This document shows positions 25,311-36,054 of a stretch of 64,000 bases of DNA, piece by piece. This stretch comes from Pristiophorus japonicus (lineage: Eukaryota). The DNA lies in the NCBI RefSeq assembly GCF_044704955.1, contig NW_027251778.1, forward strand, positions 124,001-188,000. Reading direction: 5' to 3'. The notes beneath the pieces were generated by a model. It worked only from the letters and a program-made list of their open reading frames with translations. It did not search any database and was not told where the DNA came from. Numbering within the stretch: the first letter of the stretch is position 1; each line of letters starts with the position of its first letter. Made by a program: the position numbers and the translations under genes.

Positions 25311-25716
25311 CCTAAGGCAGCAGGAAACACCTGTTGGAGATTGGTCTGTCTCGTTGCCTATGTGTCTGTTTGTGTGTCTGTTTACCCATTTATCTGTCTG
25401 ACTCTGCATTTATCTGTCTTTCTTTCTGTCGATCTGCTGTCCGTCTGTCTACCTGCCTACCTGTATTAAAGGGGACAGGAACCAGTTATGGGAGATAGAT
25501 CTGTCTCGTTGTCTATGTGTTATTTGTCTGACTATTCACCCATGTATCTGTAAGTCTGTCTCTCTGTCTGACTGGCTGTCGATCGACCTCTCTATCCATG
25601 TATCTGTCTGTCTGCCTATCTATCTATCCATGTATCTATCTGTCTGTTGTCCGACTGTCTGAACACTATATATGCAGTTGGATACGCTCGTGGAGGGGAC
25701 GATCTTGGAAGATAAT

Positions 25717-25734
25717 GGCCAGTAGGGGACAGCA
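25717..25734 (+). promoter_or_regulatory. CTCF-consensus-like motif in flank type 2 (paralogs at 16072 and 28628)
   Basis: The three copies give consensus TGGYCASYAGGGGGCAGCA; each copy has one deviation. Confidence 0.45.
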
Positions 25735-25779
25735 GAGACCACATTTTGATCCTCGAGTCGGACAGGTGGACTGAAAGAA

Positions 25780-26760
25780 TAAAACGTAGCTGGAATTAAA
25801 GAAAGTTTTATTGGATGAAAGAAAGATAACACTTGAAGGAGCTGACTGAAAAATGAAAGGAAGCGAACAGGAATGGAAGTGAGGGGAGTTAGATTAAAAA
25901 TGATCAAGAAAGAAGGAAAAAAAGTAAAAACGAGAAAGAGGAAATGTAAGTGCGAGAAATAAAGGAAAATGGAGAGAATTAATGTCAGCGAGAAATAAAG
26001 ACAGAAATAACATCAACCAGCAGGAGAGAGAAATAATGATAAACAATGAGAGAGAGAGAAAGGATGGAAGAAACAGTGAGAGTTGGATTCTATGAAAGGA
26101 TAAAGGATTTGGAGAAAGAATAACAGAAATAAATTAATGAAGGAATTAAAGATAGAGCGAAAAGCATAGAGAGGAGTACAGAAAGAAAGAAAGTCGGAAA
26201 GAGGGAAGGTTAGAAATAAAAAGAGAAAGTAAAAAGAAAAGGGAAAGGGAGAGGTTAGAGAGAAAGAAGGAAAGCAGGAAAGAAAGAGAAAGAAAGCAAG
26301 ATATAAACAAGGATAGAAAGAGATAATGAATGGAAGATAGAAAGGAATAAAGAAGGATAGCAGGAAAGAACGTAAGAAAGAAGGAAAAAATGAAGGATAG
26401 AAAGAGATATTGAAAGAAGGAAAGAAATAAAGAGAGACTGAAAGAAAGAAAAAAGGAAAGAACAAAAGAAAGAAAGATTGAACGAAAGAAGGAAAGAGAG
26501 ACTGAAAGAAGGAAATAAAAAAGGAAGACAGAAAGAAAAATAAAGAAAGAGAGTTGAAAGGAAGAAGGAAATAAAGAAAGAAGATACAAAGTAGAAAAAT
26601 AAAGAGAGAAAGTTGAAATGAAAAAGAGAAAGAAAGAGAGAAAGTGAGAAAGAGAGAGTAAAGCGAAGAAGGAGTGGATGAAAGAAATAAGGAACGCGAA
26701 TGGTACAAAGAAGGAATGATAGCTGGAAGGTTAGAACGAACAAAAACGCAAAGGAAGACC
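25780..26760. repeat. GA-rich purine tract (paralogs at 16130-16890 and 28680-29560)
   Basis: Direct; part of the duplicated flank upstream of family B genes. Confidence 0.85.
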
Positions 26761-27127
26761 TCTCTTTTAATGATTACATTCAGAGTAAAGTCCACGCCTG
26801 ACTTATTATGTGGAGATAAATCTTTCTCTTACTGGTTATATACAGAGTTAAAGCCGCTCATCCCCTGATTAAACCCTGAGAGTGAGTCAGACACACAGTA
26901 TAACTCCCTGTTCACCATCACTGCCCTCTCAGACAAAGGGTTCGCGGACCGCCCTATAACCTCAGTCCCCATTAGCCCCACCCCTGGATGGACCAGACAC
27001 GATGAAGGAGCCAGTAAACTGGCGAGGAGAGATTAGCCCCTCCCACCCGCACATTGAACATTGGAGAACAGCGGGTCAGTAAATGCCACAGTGCCCAGAA
27101 CTGTGAGATATTCAGAGGTTGCACACC

Positions 27128-28178
27128 ATGAACCCCCGGATCTCCATCCCCGCAGAGACGCCGGTGTCCCAGCTCTGGCTTGTGTTGCTGGTGTTAACTG
27201 GTAAGGTGGAGCTGGGCTGTGAGATCTCAGCAATCGTCACTTTAATTTCCCCGTGTGTCCCTTCACACCGCGGGCTGGTCTCGATTCTCTCCCCCTCGGT
27301 TGAGAGTGTGCTCTCTGTCTGTCTACCTCCCCCTCTCTCCCACCCTCACTGCCTCTCTCTCTCTCTGTCTGTCTGTCTCCCTCTCTCTGTCTTCCACACA
27401 GTCTGCCGCTCTCTCTCTCTCCCTGCCACTCTTTGTCTGTTTGTCTTACAGCCTGACTGTCCATTTATATTACCTTTGTCTCTCATTCTCTATCTGTCTC
27501 TCTCTCCCTCTCTTTCTCTTTCTCTCTCTCTCTCTTTCTCTCTCTCTGTCTGTCTCTCTGCCTCTCTCAGTTTCTCGTTTCGAGCATTCTCCTCATCTGC
27601 TCCTTCTCATTCTCCGGTGACGTGTTGATTGTCGTCGGTTTATTTCTCTCTCTGTATCTCATTCTCCCTCTCTCTTTGCCGCTCTCGCTCGGTCCCGGTA
27701 GCTCTTCCCCCCATCACTCTCTCTCACTCTCTCTGTCTCGCTCTGTCTCTCTGCCTCTCTCGCCCCCTCTCTCCTTCACTCTCTCTCCCGTCGTCCGCCC
27801 ATTCATGGCGGGTGTTTATATGCAATTTCTCCCTGGGTGTACCTCCATCTCTAACTCTCTCTCTTTCTCGGTTTTACAGATGTGGGGGCCGTGCTAATCC
27901 AACAGACTCCTGCTTCCATTTCCAAATCCCCGGTCACTGCGGTTAGCATCGAGTGCCTTTACACAGAAGCAACACTCGGCTCCTATTTCTACTGGTACCG
28001 GTGGCATCCTGACCAAGAGCCTCAGAACCTTTTGTATTCCAACGTTCCTGGAACGGTCATTCCGTCCGGTGAGGTGGGTGGATTCACCGCCAGGAGACCC
28101 GACAATACCCACTTCTACCTGGAGACCTCCGGCCTGCGGGCGGATCAGGCGGCCGTGTATTACTGCGCCTGGAGTCTG
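27128..28178 (+). CDS. TRBV: TCR beta V segment V7, family B, apparently functional; leader 27128-27200, V exon 27880-28178
   Basis: Leader MNPRISIPAETPVSQLWLVLLVLT+g|GTAAGG. Open V exon with both Cys and the Trp, ending YYCAWS. Confidence 0.88.
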
Positions 28179-28217
28179 CACAGTGACTCAGGGAGATGGA
28201 GGGGCCCGACACAAACC
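28179..28217 (+). other. 23-RSS of V7
   Basis: CACAGTG-23-ACACAAACC. Confidence 0.95.
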
Positions 28218-29934
28218 CCACCATGGCAACAAACACCTGTTGGAGATTGATCTACCTGTACGTTTGTTTGTGTGCCTCTTTACCCAGTTTTCTCTCTGAC
28301 TCTGTATTTATCAGTGTGTCTATCTGTCTGACCATCTATCCATCTATCTCTCTGTCTGTCCGTCTATCCGTCTGTCTATCTACCCACCTATATCAAAGGG
28401 GGTAGGAACCAATGGTGAGAGATAGATCTGTCTTGTTGTCTATGTGTTTGTTTGTATGTCTATTTACCAATTTACCTGCCTGTCTGTCTGTCTCTCTATC
28501 TGTCTGTCTGTCTGTCTGTCTATCTGTCTATCTACCTCTCCATGTATCTGTCTGTCTGTCTGACTGTCTGTACACTATATCTGCAATTGAACATGCAGTT
28601 GGAGGGGACGAGCATGTAACATAATGGTCAGCAGGGGGGCAGCAAAGATCACATTTGATCCTCTCCAGGCGGAGAGATCGAATGAAAGAATAAACCGTGC
28701 CTCGAAGTAAAGAGAGTTTCATTGGATGAAAGAAAGATAAAAGTTGAAAGAGTGGAATGAAAAATGAAAGAAAGCGAACAGGGGTGTCAGGGAGCGGATT
28801 AAATGTTTTTAAAATATCAAGAAAGAAGGCAAGAAGTTAAAAAAGATGAAGAGGAAATGAAAGTGGGAGAAATAAAGGAAAATGGCGAATTAATGTATGC
28901 GAGAAATAAAGGCAGAAATAACATCAACGGGCAGGAGAGAGAAATGGTTCGATGAAAGGAAAAATGATTCAGAGAAAGAGTTTCAGAAAAAAGTAATGAA
29001 AAAAGTAAAGATAGAACGAAACACAGAGCGGAGGGAAAAATGGACAGAAAGAAATACATTAGGAAAGAGGGAAGGTTAGAAATGAAAAGAGAATGTAAGA
29101 AGGAGAGAGAAAGGGAGAGGTTAGAGAGAAAGAAGGAAAGCAGGAAGAAAAGAGAGAAAGAAAGCAAATGAGAAAGAAGGATAGAAAGAGAAAATGAATG
29201 AATGAAAGAAAGAAGCATAGAAAGCTTGAATTAAAGAAATAAAGGTTAGATTGATGGAGTTACAAACAAGAAAGGAAAGCTAGCAGGATAGAAAGAAGGA
29301 AAGAAAGAAGGAAGGAATGATAAAAAGAGAGAAATAAAAAGAAAGAAAGAGAGCCCGAAAAAAAGAAGGAAATAAAGAAAGAAGGAAAAAAGGAAGTAAG
29401 AAAAGAGAGAAAGTGTAAATGAAAGAAACGGAGAATGAAAGAGAGAAAGTGAGAAAGAGAGAACGAAGGGAAGAAGGAGCAGATTAAATAAATAAGGAAA
29501 GCGAATGATAGAAAGAAGGAAAGAAGGAGAGAAGGTTAGAAAGAACGGAATAGCAAAGGAAGACCTCTCTTTTAATGATTACATTCAGAGTGAATCCCAC
29601 GCCTGATTTGTTATGTGGGGATAAATCTCTCTCTTACTGGTTAGATACAGAGTTAAAGCCTCTCATTCCCTGATTAAACCCGGAGAGTGAGTCAGACAGA
29701 AAGTATAATTCCCTTTTCTCACCATCACTGACCTCTCAGATGAAGGGTCCGTGGACTGCCCTTTACCCGGAGTCCCCATTAGCCCCGCTCCGGGAATGAC
29801 CAATCCTGATGAGGGAGCCAATGAACTGGTGAAGAGAGGTTGGCCCCTCCCACACGCACACTGAACATTGGAGAGCAGGGGGTCAGTAAATGCCACATTG
29901 CCCAGAACTGTGAGATATTCAGAGGTTGCACACC

Positions 29935-30857
29935 ATGAACCCCCGGATCTCCCTCCCCCCAGAGATGCCTGTGTCCCAGCTCTGGCTTGTGTTGCTGGTG
30001 TTAACGGGTCAGGTGGAGCTGGGCTGTGAGATCTCAGCGATCTTCACTTTAATTTCCCCGTGTGTCCCTTCACACCGCGGGCTGGTCTAGAATCTCTCCC
30101 CCACGGTTTNNNNNNNNNNNNNNNNNNNNNNNNNNNNNNNNNNNNNNNNNNNNNNNNNNNNNNNNNNNNNNNNNNNNNNNNNNNNNNNNNNNNNNNNNNN
30201 NNNNNNNNNNNNNNNNNNNNNNNNNNNNNNNNNNNNNNNNNNNNNNNNNNNNNNNNNNNNNNCTCCTCGTGCGCCTTCTCATCCTCCGGTGATGTGTAGA
30301 TTGTTGCTCGGTTTAACTCTCTCTCTCTGTCACATTCTCTCTCTGTCTTTGCCTCGCTCGTTCTGTCCATCCCGCTGTCTCCCTCCCTCCCTCATTCTCT
30401 CTCTCGCTCTCTCTGTCTTGCTCTGTCTCTCTGCCTCTCTCGCCCCCTCTCGTCCTCAGTCTCTCACCCCTCCTCTGCCCCTTCATGGCGGGTGTTTATA
30501 TGCAATTTCTCCTTGGGGTTAATCTCCATCTCTAAATCTCTCTTTCTCGGTTTTACAGATGTGGGGGCCGTGGTGATCCAGCAGACCCCTGCTTCCATAT
30601 CCCATTCCCTGGGCACTCCGGTTAGCATCGAGCGCCTTTACATAGAAGCAGCAGCTAGCTCCTATTTCTACTGGTACTGGTGGCATCCTGACAGGGAGCC
30701 TCAGAACCTTTTCATTTCCCCATCCCTCACACTGGTCGAACCCTCCAATGAAGTGGACGGATTCACCGCCAGGAGACCCGACAAAACCCACGTCTACCTG
30801 GAGACCTCCGGCCTGCGGGTGGATCAGGCGGCCGTGTATTACTGCGCCTGGAGTCTG
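29935..30857 (+). pseudogene. TRBV: TCR beta V segment V8, family B, open frame but defective; leader 29935-30007, V exon 30559-30857
   Basis: The first conserved Cys is replaced by Arg (SIERL vs SIECL). The heptamer is mutated to TACAGTG (30858-30864), with nonamer at 30888-30896. Donor is GTCAGG. Confidence 0.85.
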
Positions 30858-31451
30858 TACAGTGACTCAGGGAGATGGAGGGGCTCGACACAAACCCCAC
30901 CATGGCAGGAAACACCTGTGGATGGTGAACCCTCTCACGTTTATTCTGCAGCGTGAATGTGCTTTTGTTAAGCAGAGACGGGTTAGAGTGAAAGTGAGAG
31001 ATTAGATATAGAGGCACTGCGGAAGGGTGCAAAGAAAGAATAACAGGGATAACACCAGAATTGGGTGGTTCAAGGCTGAACAGGTTGGGGCTATTGTGTC
31101 CAGAAAAGAGAAGGCTGAGGGGTAACCATGTCAGCGGTCTTTACAGATTACCAATGTGTTTTATAGGTTCGGGCGTAGAGAAGGAAAATAGAAAGATGGG
31201 AAGATAGAAAGAAAGGAAGATAGGAGGAAAGGAAAATAGAATAATAAAATAAAGAATGGAAGAGAGAAAAGAAGGCAGAATGAAAGAATGCAAGAATGTA
31301 AGCAGGAAAGCGTTGGGAAGAAAAATATAGAAAATCAAGAAAGATAGAAAGGCAGAACGACAGTAGGAAAAATAACGAATTTTTAGAAAGTTACGAATGC
31401 AAGTAAAATACTTTGTTAAATACTGAAAATGTGTTTTCTTTATCCACAGGG

Positions 31452-31467
31452 ACAGTAGAGGGCGCTC
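31452..31467 (+). promoter_or_regulatory. CTCF-consensus-like motif ACAGTAGAGGGCGCTC (identical at 56922 and 63308; variants at 5547, 10067, 13155, 18600, 39845)
   Basis: Matches the CCASYAGRKGGCRS core by eye and recurs ~0.55 kb after V RSSs. Confidence 0.55.
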
Positions 31468-31514
31468 TAGACCATGAAACACACCAGTGCCCAGTAACAT
31501 GGTTCACAATAGGT

Positions 31515-32515
31515 ACACTTGAACAGGAGGAGGCCCATTCTGCCCCTAGAGCCTGTTACACAAAAACAGGAGGAATCCAATTCAACCCCTCGAGCCTGTT
31601 ACACAGGAACAGAAGGCCCATTTAGCCTCTCAAATCTGTTAGCCACGAACAGGAGGAGGTCATTCGGCCCAGTGATCATGTTGCACAGGAATAGGAGCAG
31701 GACCATGCAGCCCCTCGAGCCTGTTGCACAGGAGCAGGAGGTGGCCCATTGAGCCCCTCGAGCCTGTAACACAGGAGCAGGAGGTGGTCCATTCAGCTCC
31801 TCGAACGTGTTATACAGGAACAGGAGGAGGCCCATTCAGCCTTTCACGACTGTAACACAGCAACAGGAGGAGGCCCATTCAGCCCCTCGAATCTTTTACA
31901 CAGGAACAGGAGGAGGATACTCAGCCAATCGATCCTGTTTCACAGGAACAGGCGGAGGGTATTCAACCGCTCGAGCCTGTTACACAGGAACAGGAGGCCC
32001 ATTCAGCCCCTCGAGCCTGTTACACAGGAACAGGAGGAGGTTATTCAGCCCCTTGAGCCTGTTACACAGGAACAGGAGGCCCATTCAGCCCCTCGAGCCT
32101 GTTACACGGCAACAAGTGAAGGCCATTGAGCCGCTCTAATCTATTAGATAGAAAGAGGAGGCGCATTCAGCCTCTCGAGCAAGTTACATATGAACAGGAT
32201 GAGGCCCATTCAGCCCCTCTAATGTGTTACATAGGATCAGGTGGAGGTATTCACCCCCTCGAGCTTTTTAAACAGAAACTAGAGATGGCCGTCTCAGCCC
32301 CTCGAGCCTGTTACACAGAAACAGGCGGCCACTCAGCACCTCGAGCCTGTTACATAGGAACAGGAGGAGGGCTATTCAGTCCCTCAAGCCTGTTGCAAAG
32401 GAGAAGGATGAGGCACATTCAGCCCCTCTAATCTGTTACATAGGAACAAGAGGTCCATTCAGCCCCTCGAGCCTGTTACACGCGAAGTGGAGAATGCCCA
32501 TTCGGCCCTTCATAG
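31515..32515. repeat. 43-bp minisatellite array
   Basis: Same unit, more degenerate; ends at a plus-strand CR1 3' fragment (32515-32975). Confidence 0.9.
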
Positions 32516-33261
32516 AGGGTATCTCACAGAAACGTTTAAAATTCTGACGGGTTTAGACAGGTTAGTTGCTGGAAGAATGTTCCCAATATTGGGGAAGTCC
32601 AGAACCAGGTGTCACAGTCTAAGGATAAAGGGTAAGCCATTTAGGACCGAGATGAGGAGAAACATCTTCACCCAGAGAGTGGTGAACCTGTGGAATTCTC
32701 TACCACAGAAAGTTGTTGAGGCCAATTCACTAAATATATTCAAAAATGAGTAAGATGTAGTCCCACAGAAAGTTGTTGAGGCCAATTCACTAAATATATT
32801 CAAAAATGAGTAAGATGTAGTCCTTACTGCTAGGGTGATCAAGGGGTATGGGGAAAAAGCAGGAATGGGGTACTGAAGTTGCCTGTTCAGCCATGAACTC
32901 ATTGAATGGCGGTGCAGGTTCGAAGGGCCGAATGGCCTACTCCTGCACCTATTTTCAATGTTTCTATGTTTCTATACTCCATAGAACTTCAGATAGAAAT
33001 AAAAAAGTCAGAAATAAAGAAGGACAAATGAAAGAATGAATAAAATAAAGCTAAAAGGAAAGAATGAATGAAAGAAAAAATGACGGAAAGAAGGAATGAA
33101 GGAAAGGAATAACAAACTAATGAAAGAAAGAATGAAAGATTGAAAGTAAGGTGGAAAAAAACAAAGAAAGAAAGAAAGAAAATACGTAAGTGGGAAGCAT
33201 ACAAAGAAAGGATAGTTGAAATAAAGAAACACAAAATTAAAGGAGGAGAGAGAGAAACAAC

Positions 33262-33290
33262 AAGATGTAACTTCCGCTTATGACGTTATA
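33262..33290 (+). promoter_or_regulatory. Putative V9 promoter (ETS core ACTTCCG, CRE-like TGACGTTA)
   Basis: Motifs lie 80-100 nt upstream of the leader ATG; the analogous V14 site is TGACGCAACTTCCT. Confidence 0.5.
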
Positions 33291-33365
33291 TTTTCCTGCT
33301 CTCAACCGGCGCCTCTCCCTTAAAGCCACAATAACCAGGGCAATGTGTGTTAGATCCCCGCAAAG

Positions 33366-34105
33366 ATGCACTTCACGCACATCCACTGTGGTCTTCTCTT
33401 TCTGGCGTTAAGTATGTTCAAAGGCATTCCTAATCACGGTTCTAGGCTTGTCCATCTACAAAGGATAATTAATTAATGATCTAAACTGTGCAATTCGTTA
33501 ATGTCACCGCGACATCCAAGCACTCAATTTTTTAATATAATACAGTGGACTGCTTAATCTGTTAATTTTTGAAGCCGAAGGGTTATGGATATTATTTTAA
33601 CCCTTCAGTAGTTGCAGACAGAAAAATGTTTGTAGATTTCAGAATTTCATTTTGAAATTGCATTGCCCTTAGAGCCTATAGGAAATTAAGACCAAGATTT
33701 TGAATTTCCTCCCTTAATTCGGACCAACTCCGCATTTATTGCCCGGCGGTGTAACATAGACTGCCCTAATTTTCTGCCTTGAATTGCTGTTTCTAGGTGG
33801 TTCCCGCGGCGAAGTGCTGTATCAGTGGCCCCGCTTGCTCAGCGTCAACCGGCGAGAATCCGCTCAGCTGAACTGTTTCCAGAATGCGACGTTTCACAGC
33901 TACATGCAGTGGTATCGTCAGTCCGCCGGCGGAGGATTGGCGTTAATCGGGTCCAGTTATTTAGGAGATGAAGCTCAGTATGAAGAGGGTTTTGGGAGCG
34001 GGTTCACCATCAGCAGGACTGTGGAAAATAAGAAATCCACACTGTCGGTCCGGAACATTAAAACCACAGACCAGGCGGTGTATTTCTGTGCCGCTGATGA
34101 TGGGG
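33366..34105 (+). CDS. TRBV: TCR beta V segment V9, family D (TRBV20/29-like); leader 33366-33411, V exon 33797-34105
   Basis: Leader MHFTHIHCGLLFLAL+a|GTATGT. V exon ...LYQWP...LNCFQN...MQWYRQ...EAQYEEGF...STLSV...YFCAADDG. EAxYExGF and STLxV recall TRBV20/29. Confidence 0.85.
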
Positions 34106-34144
34106 CACTGTGGTTCAGAGTCATTCGGCGCCTTGACAAAAACC
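34106..34144 (+). other. 23-RSS of V9
   Basis: CACTGTG-23-ACAAAAACC (consensus nonamer, variant heptamer). Confidence 0.88.
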
Positions 34145-34226
34145 TCACACCTGCTGGCCTCAACCTGGGGAAACTTTAGCGAGCAGTGAGAGAACAGCGC
34201 CCCGTGCAGCTCGCCATAAACTTGGG

Positions 34227-34525
34227 TTAGACCACCCCGGAGTCCTGTGCACAGTTCCGGTCTCCATTTACCTGGGTTAGACCACAGTTAATGCACCCTG
34301 CACAGTTTTGGTGTACATATAGCTCGGCTAGACCACACTGGAGCATTGTGCAGTGTTCTGGTCTCCGTATACCTGGGTTAGCCCACACTTGGAGCAATGT
34401 GCACAGTTCTGGTCTCCCTATACCTGGGTTATACCACACCTGGAGCACTATGCACAGTTCTGGGCTCACCATAGCTTGATTTAGATGACCCCTGAATATT
34501 GTGCACAGTTCTGGTCTCCATATAA
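34227..34525 (+). repeat. About 6 x ~51-bp tandem repeat derived from the CR1 RPHLEYCVQFWSP-coding segment
   Basis: Units resemble ttagaccacacctggagcactgtgcacagttctggtctccatatacctggg. Confidence 0.75.
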
Positions 34526-34529
34526 CAAC

Positions 34530-34965
34530 TTCCCAACTCTTGGTCCATAGCCCTGTAGGTTGCAGCACTTCAAGTGCTCATCCAAGTACTTTTAAAATGT
34601 GCTCAGGGTTTCTGCCTCCAGCACCATTTCAGGCAGTGAATTTCAGACCCCCACCACACTCTGGGTGAAGAGATTTCCTCTCATATTTCCTCTAAACCTC
34701 CCCCCATTTACTTTAAATCTTTACTTGATACTTTACAACAATCCCTGGTTACTGCCATCTCTGCCAAGGGAAACAGGTCCTTCCTATCCACTCTATCCAG
34801 GCCCCTCATCATTTGAGACACCTCAATCAGGTCTCCCCTCAGCCTCCGCTCTTCCAAAGGAAACAGCCTCTCCAATCTTTCCTCCTGGACAAAATTCTGC
34901 AATCCTAGCAACATTCTTGTAAATCTCCTCTGCACCCTTTCCAATGCAATCACATCTTTCCTGTT
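34530..34965 (-). mobile_element. CR1 LINE fragment
   Basis: RKDVIALERVQRRFTRML..RRLRGDLIEV. Confidence 0.85.
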
Positions 34966-35094
34966 CTCCTCAGACCAGGGAAGATTCAGTGGGCGATTGA
35001 CCAGAATGGTACAATGGATAAGGGACATTCGTTAGATGGAGAGACTGCTGATGGTGGGAGGGGGGTGGGGGAGGGGGCGGAGTTGGGTGTCAGC

Positions 35095-35420
35095 TGCTGT
35101 CAATCAGACTGCAAGGGACGGGGTCAGGATCTGTCATTCAGACTGTAAGGGGGCGGTGTGTGGAGCTGTCAATCAGACTGTAAGGGGGCGCGGTCTGGAG
35201 CTGTCAATCAGCAGTAAGGGGCGAGAATTGGAGCTGTCAATCAGAGCTTACGGTGGCTGCGTCCGGAGCTGTCAATCAGAACGTAAGGGGGCGCGGTCTG
35301 GAGCTGTCAATCAGACTGTAAGGGGCGGGACCTGGATCTGTCAATCCGTATGTCAGAGGCGGGGTCTAGAGATTTCAATCTGACTGTAAGAGGCGGGGTC
35401 TGGAGCTGTCAATCACACTG
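35095..35420 (+). repeat. About 10 x ~35-bp tandem repeat (gctgtcaatcagactgtaaggggcgggtctgga) directly upstream of the V10 leader
   Basis: Periodic CAATCAG + GC-box units ending ~80 nt before ATG 35501. Confidence 0.8.
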
Positions 35421-35500
35421 AACTGCAGAGACAGAGAGTGGACGCCACCAGCGTAGATTCTGGCAAATTCCTCTCTCCTTTTCTCTTTTACAAACTCTCA

Positions 35501-35936
35501 ATGAAAATACATTTAACGCGGTGCGTTTTGTTTGCCCTGCTGTTGCACAGTAAGTCTCCCTCTGCAATTGCTTGGGCGCGGTGTGTCTCCCAATATCACC
35601 GGCCCTGTGTTATAACCCACTTACTCTGCTCATATTCAGAGGTGTATCTAGCGGCAAATTTCAGCAAATTCTGCTGTAATCTCCACTTCCCTGCACTCCC
35701 CACTGCTCGTCCTCTGTTCTGCGGAGGGTTCCTTCAGCTTAGGATTTTTTCTGGTCCCGCCAGCTCCCAGACAGAGAGCTCTCACTGCTTTTCTTCTCTT
35801 GCAACGCCGACAGACTCGAGCCGGCGGTAGAGGTGAATGGATTCACCGCCTCCAGAGCTGACCAGTCCACCTTCCATCTGCAGGCAGCCATTTACATGCG
35901 GAGCACTCGGGGGTGTATTATTGCAGCTGGAGTCTT
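35501..35936 (+). pseudogene. TRBV: TCR beta V pseudogene V10, family E (CxWS type); leader 35501-35549, V exon about 35640-35936
   Basis: Leader MKIHLTRCVLFALLLH+a|GTAAGT, intron about 90 nt. Reconstructed across about three frameshifts: FQQ..AVISTSLHSPLLVLC..FWSRQLPDRELSLLF..VNGFTASRADQSTFHLQ..GVYYCSWS. Confidence 0.85.
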
Positions 35937-35975
35937 CACAGTGACACTGGGGGCCGGGGCGGTGCAACACAAACC
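35937..35975 (+). other. 23-RSS of V10
   Basis: CACAGTG-23-ACACAAACC. Confidence 0.92.
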
Positions 35976-36054
35976 CGGGGCAGCAGAGAACGGGGCTCAG
36001 GGCCGGACCAAGTGCTGAATTGCTGGGGGTGGAGTCAACACAGAGGGTGCATGA

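Noticed and set aside
32700-32825. 60-bp direct duplication
   Set aside because: A simple tandem duplication inside a dead CR1 fragment, with no sign of function.
34190-35455. Possible reverse-strand CTCF motifs at ~34195 and ~35441
   Set aside because: Too many core mismatches to call by eye; they should be scored in the PWM scan because they bear on the orientation claim.
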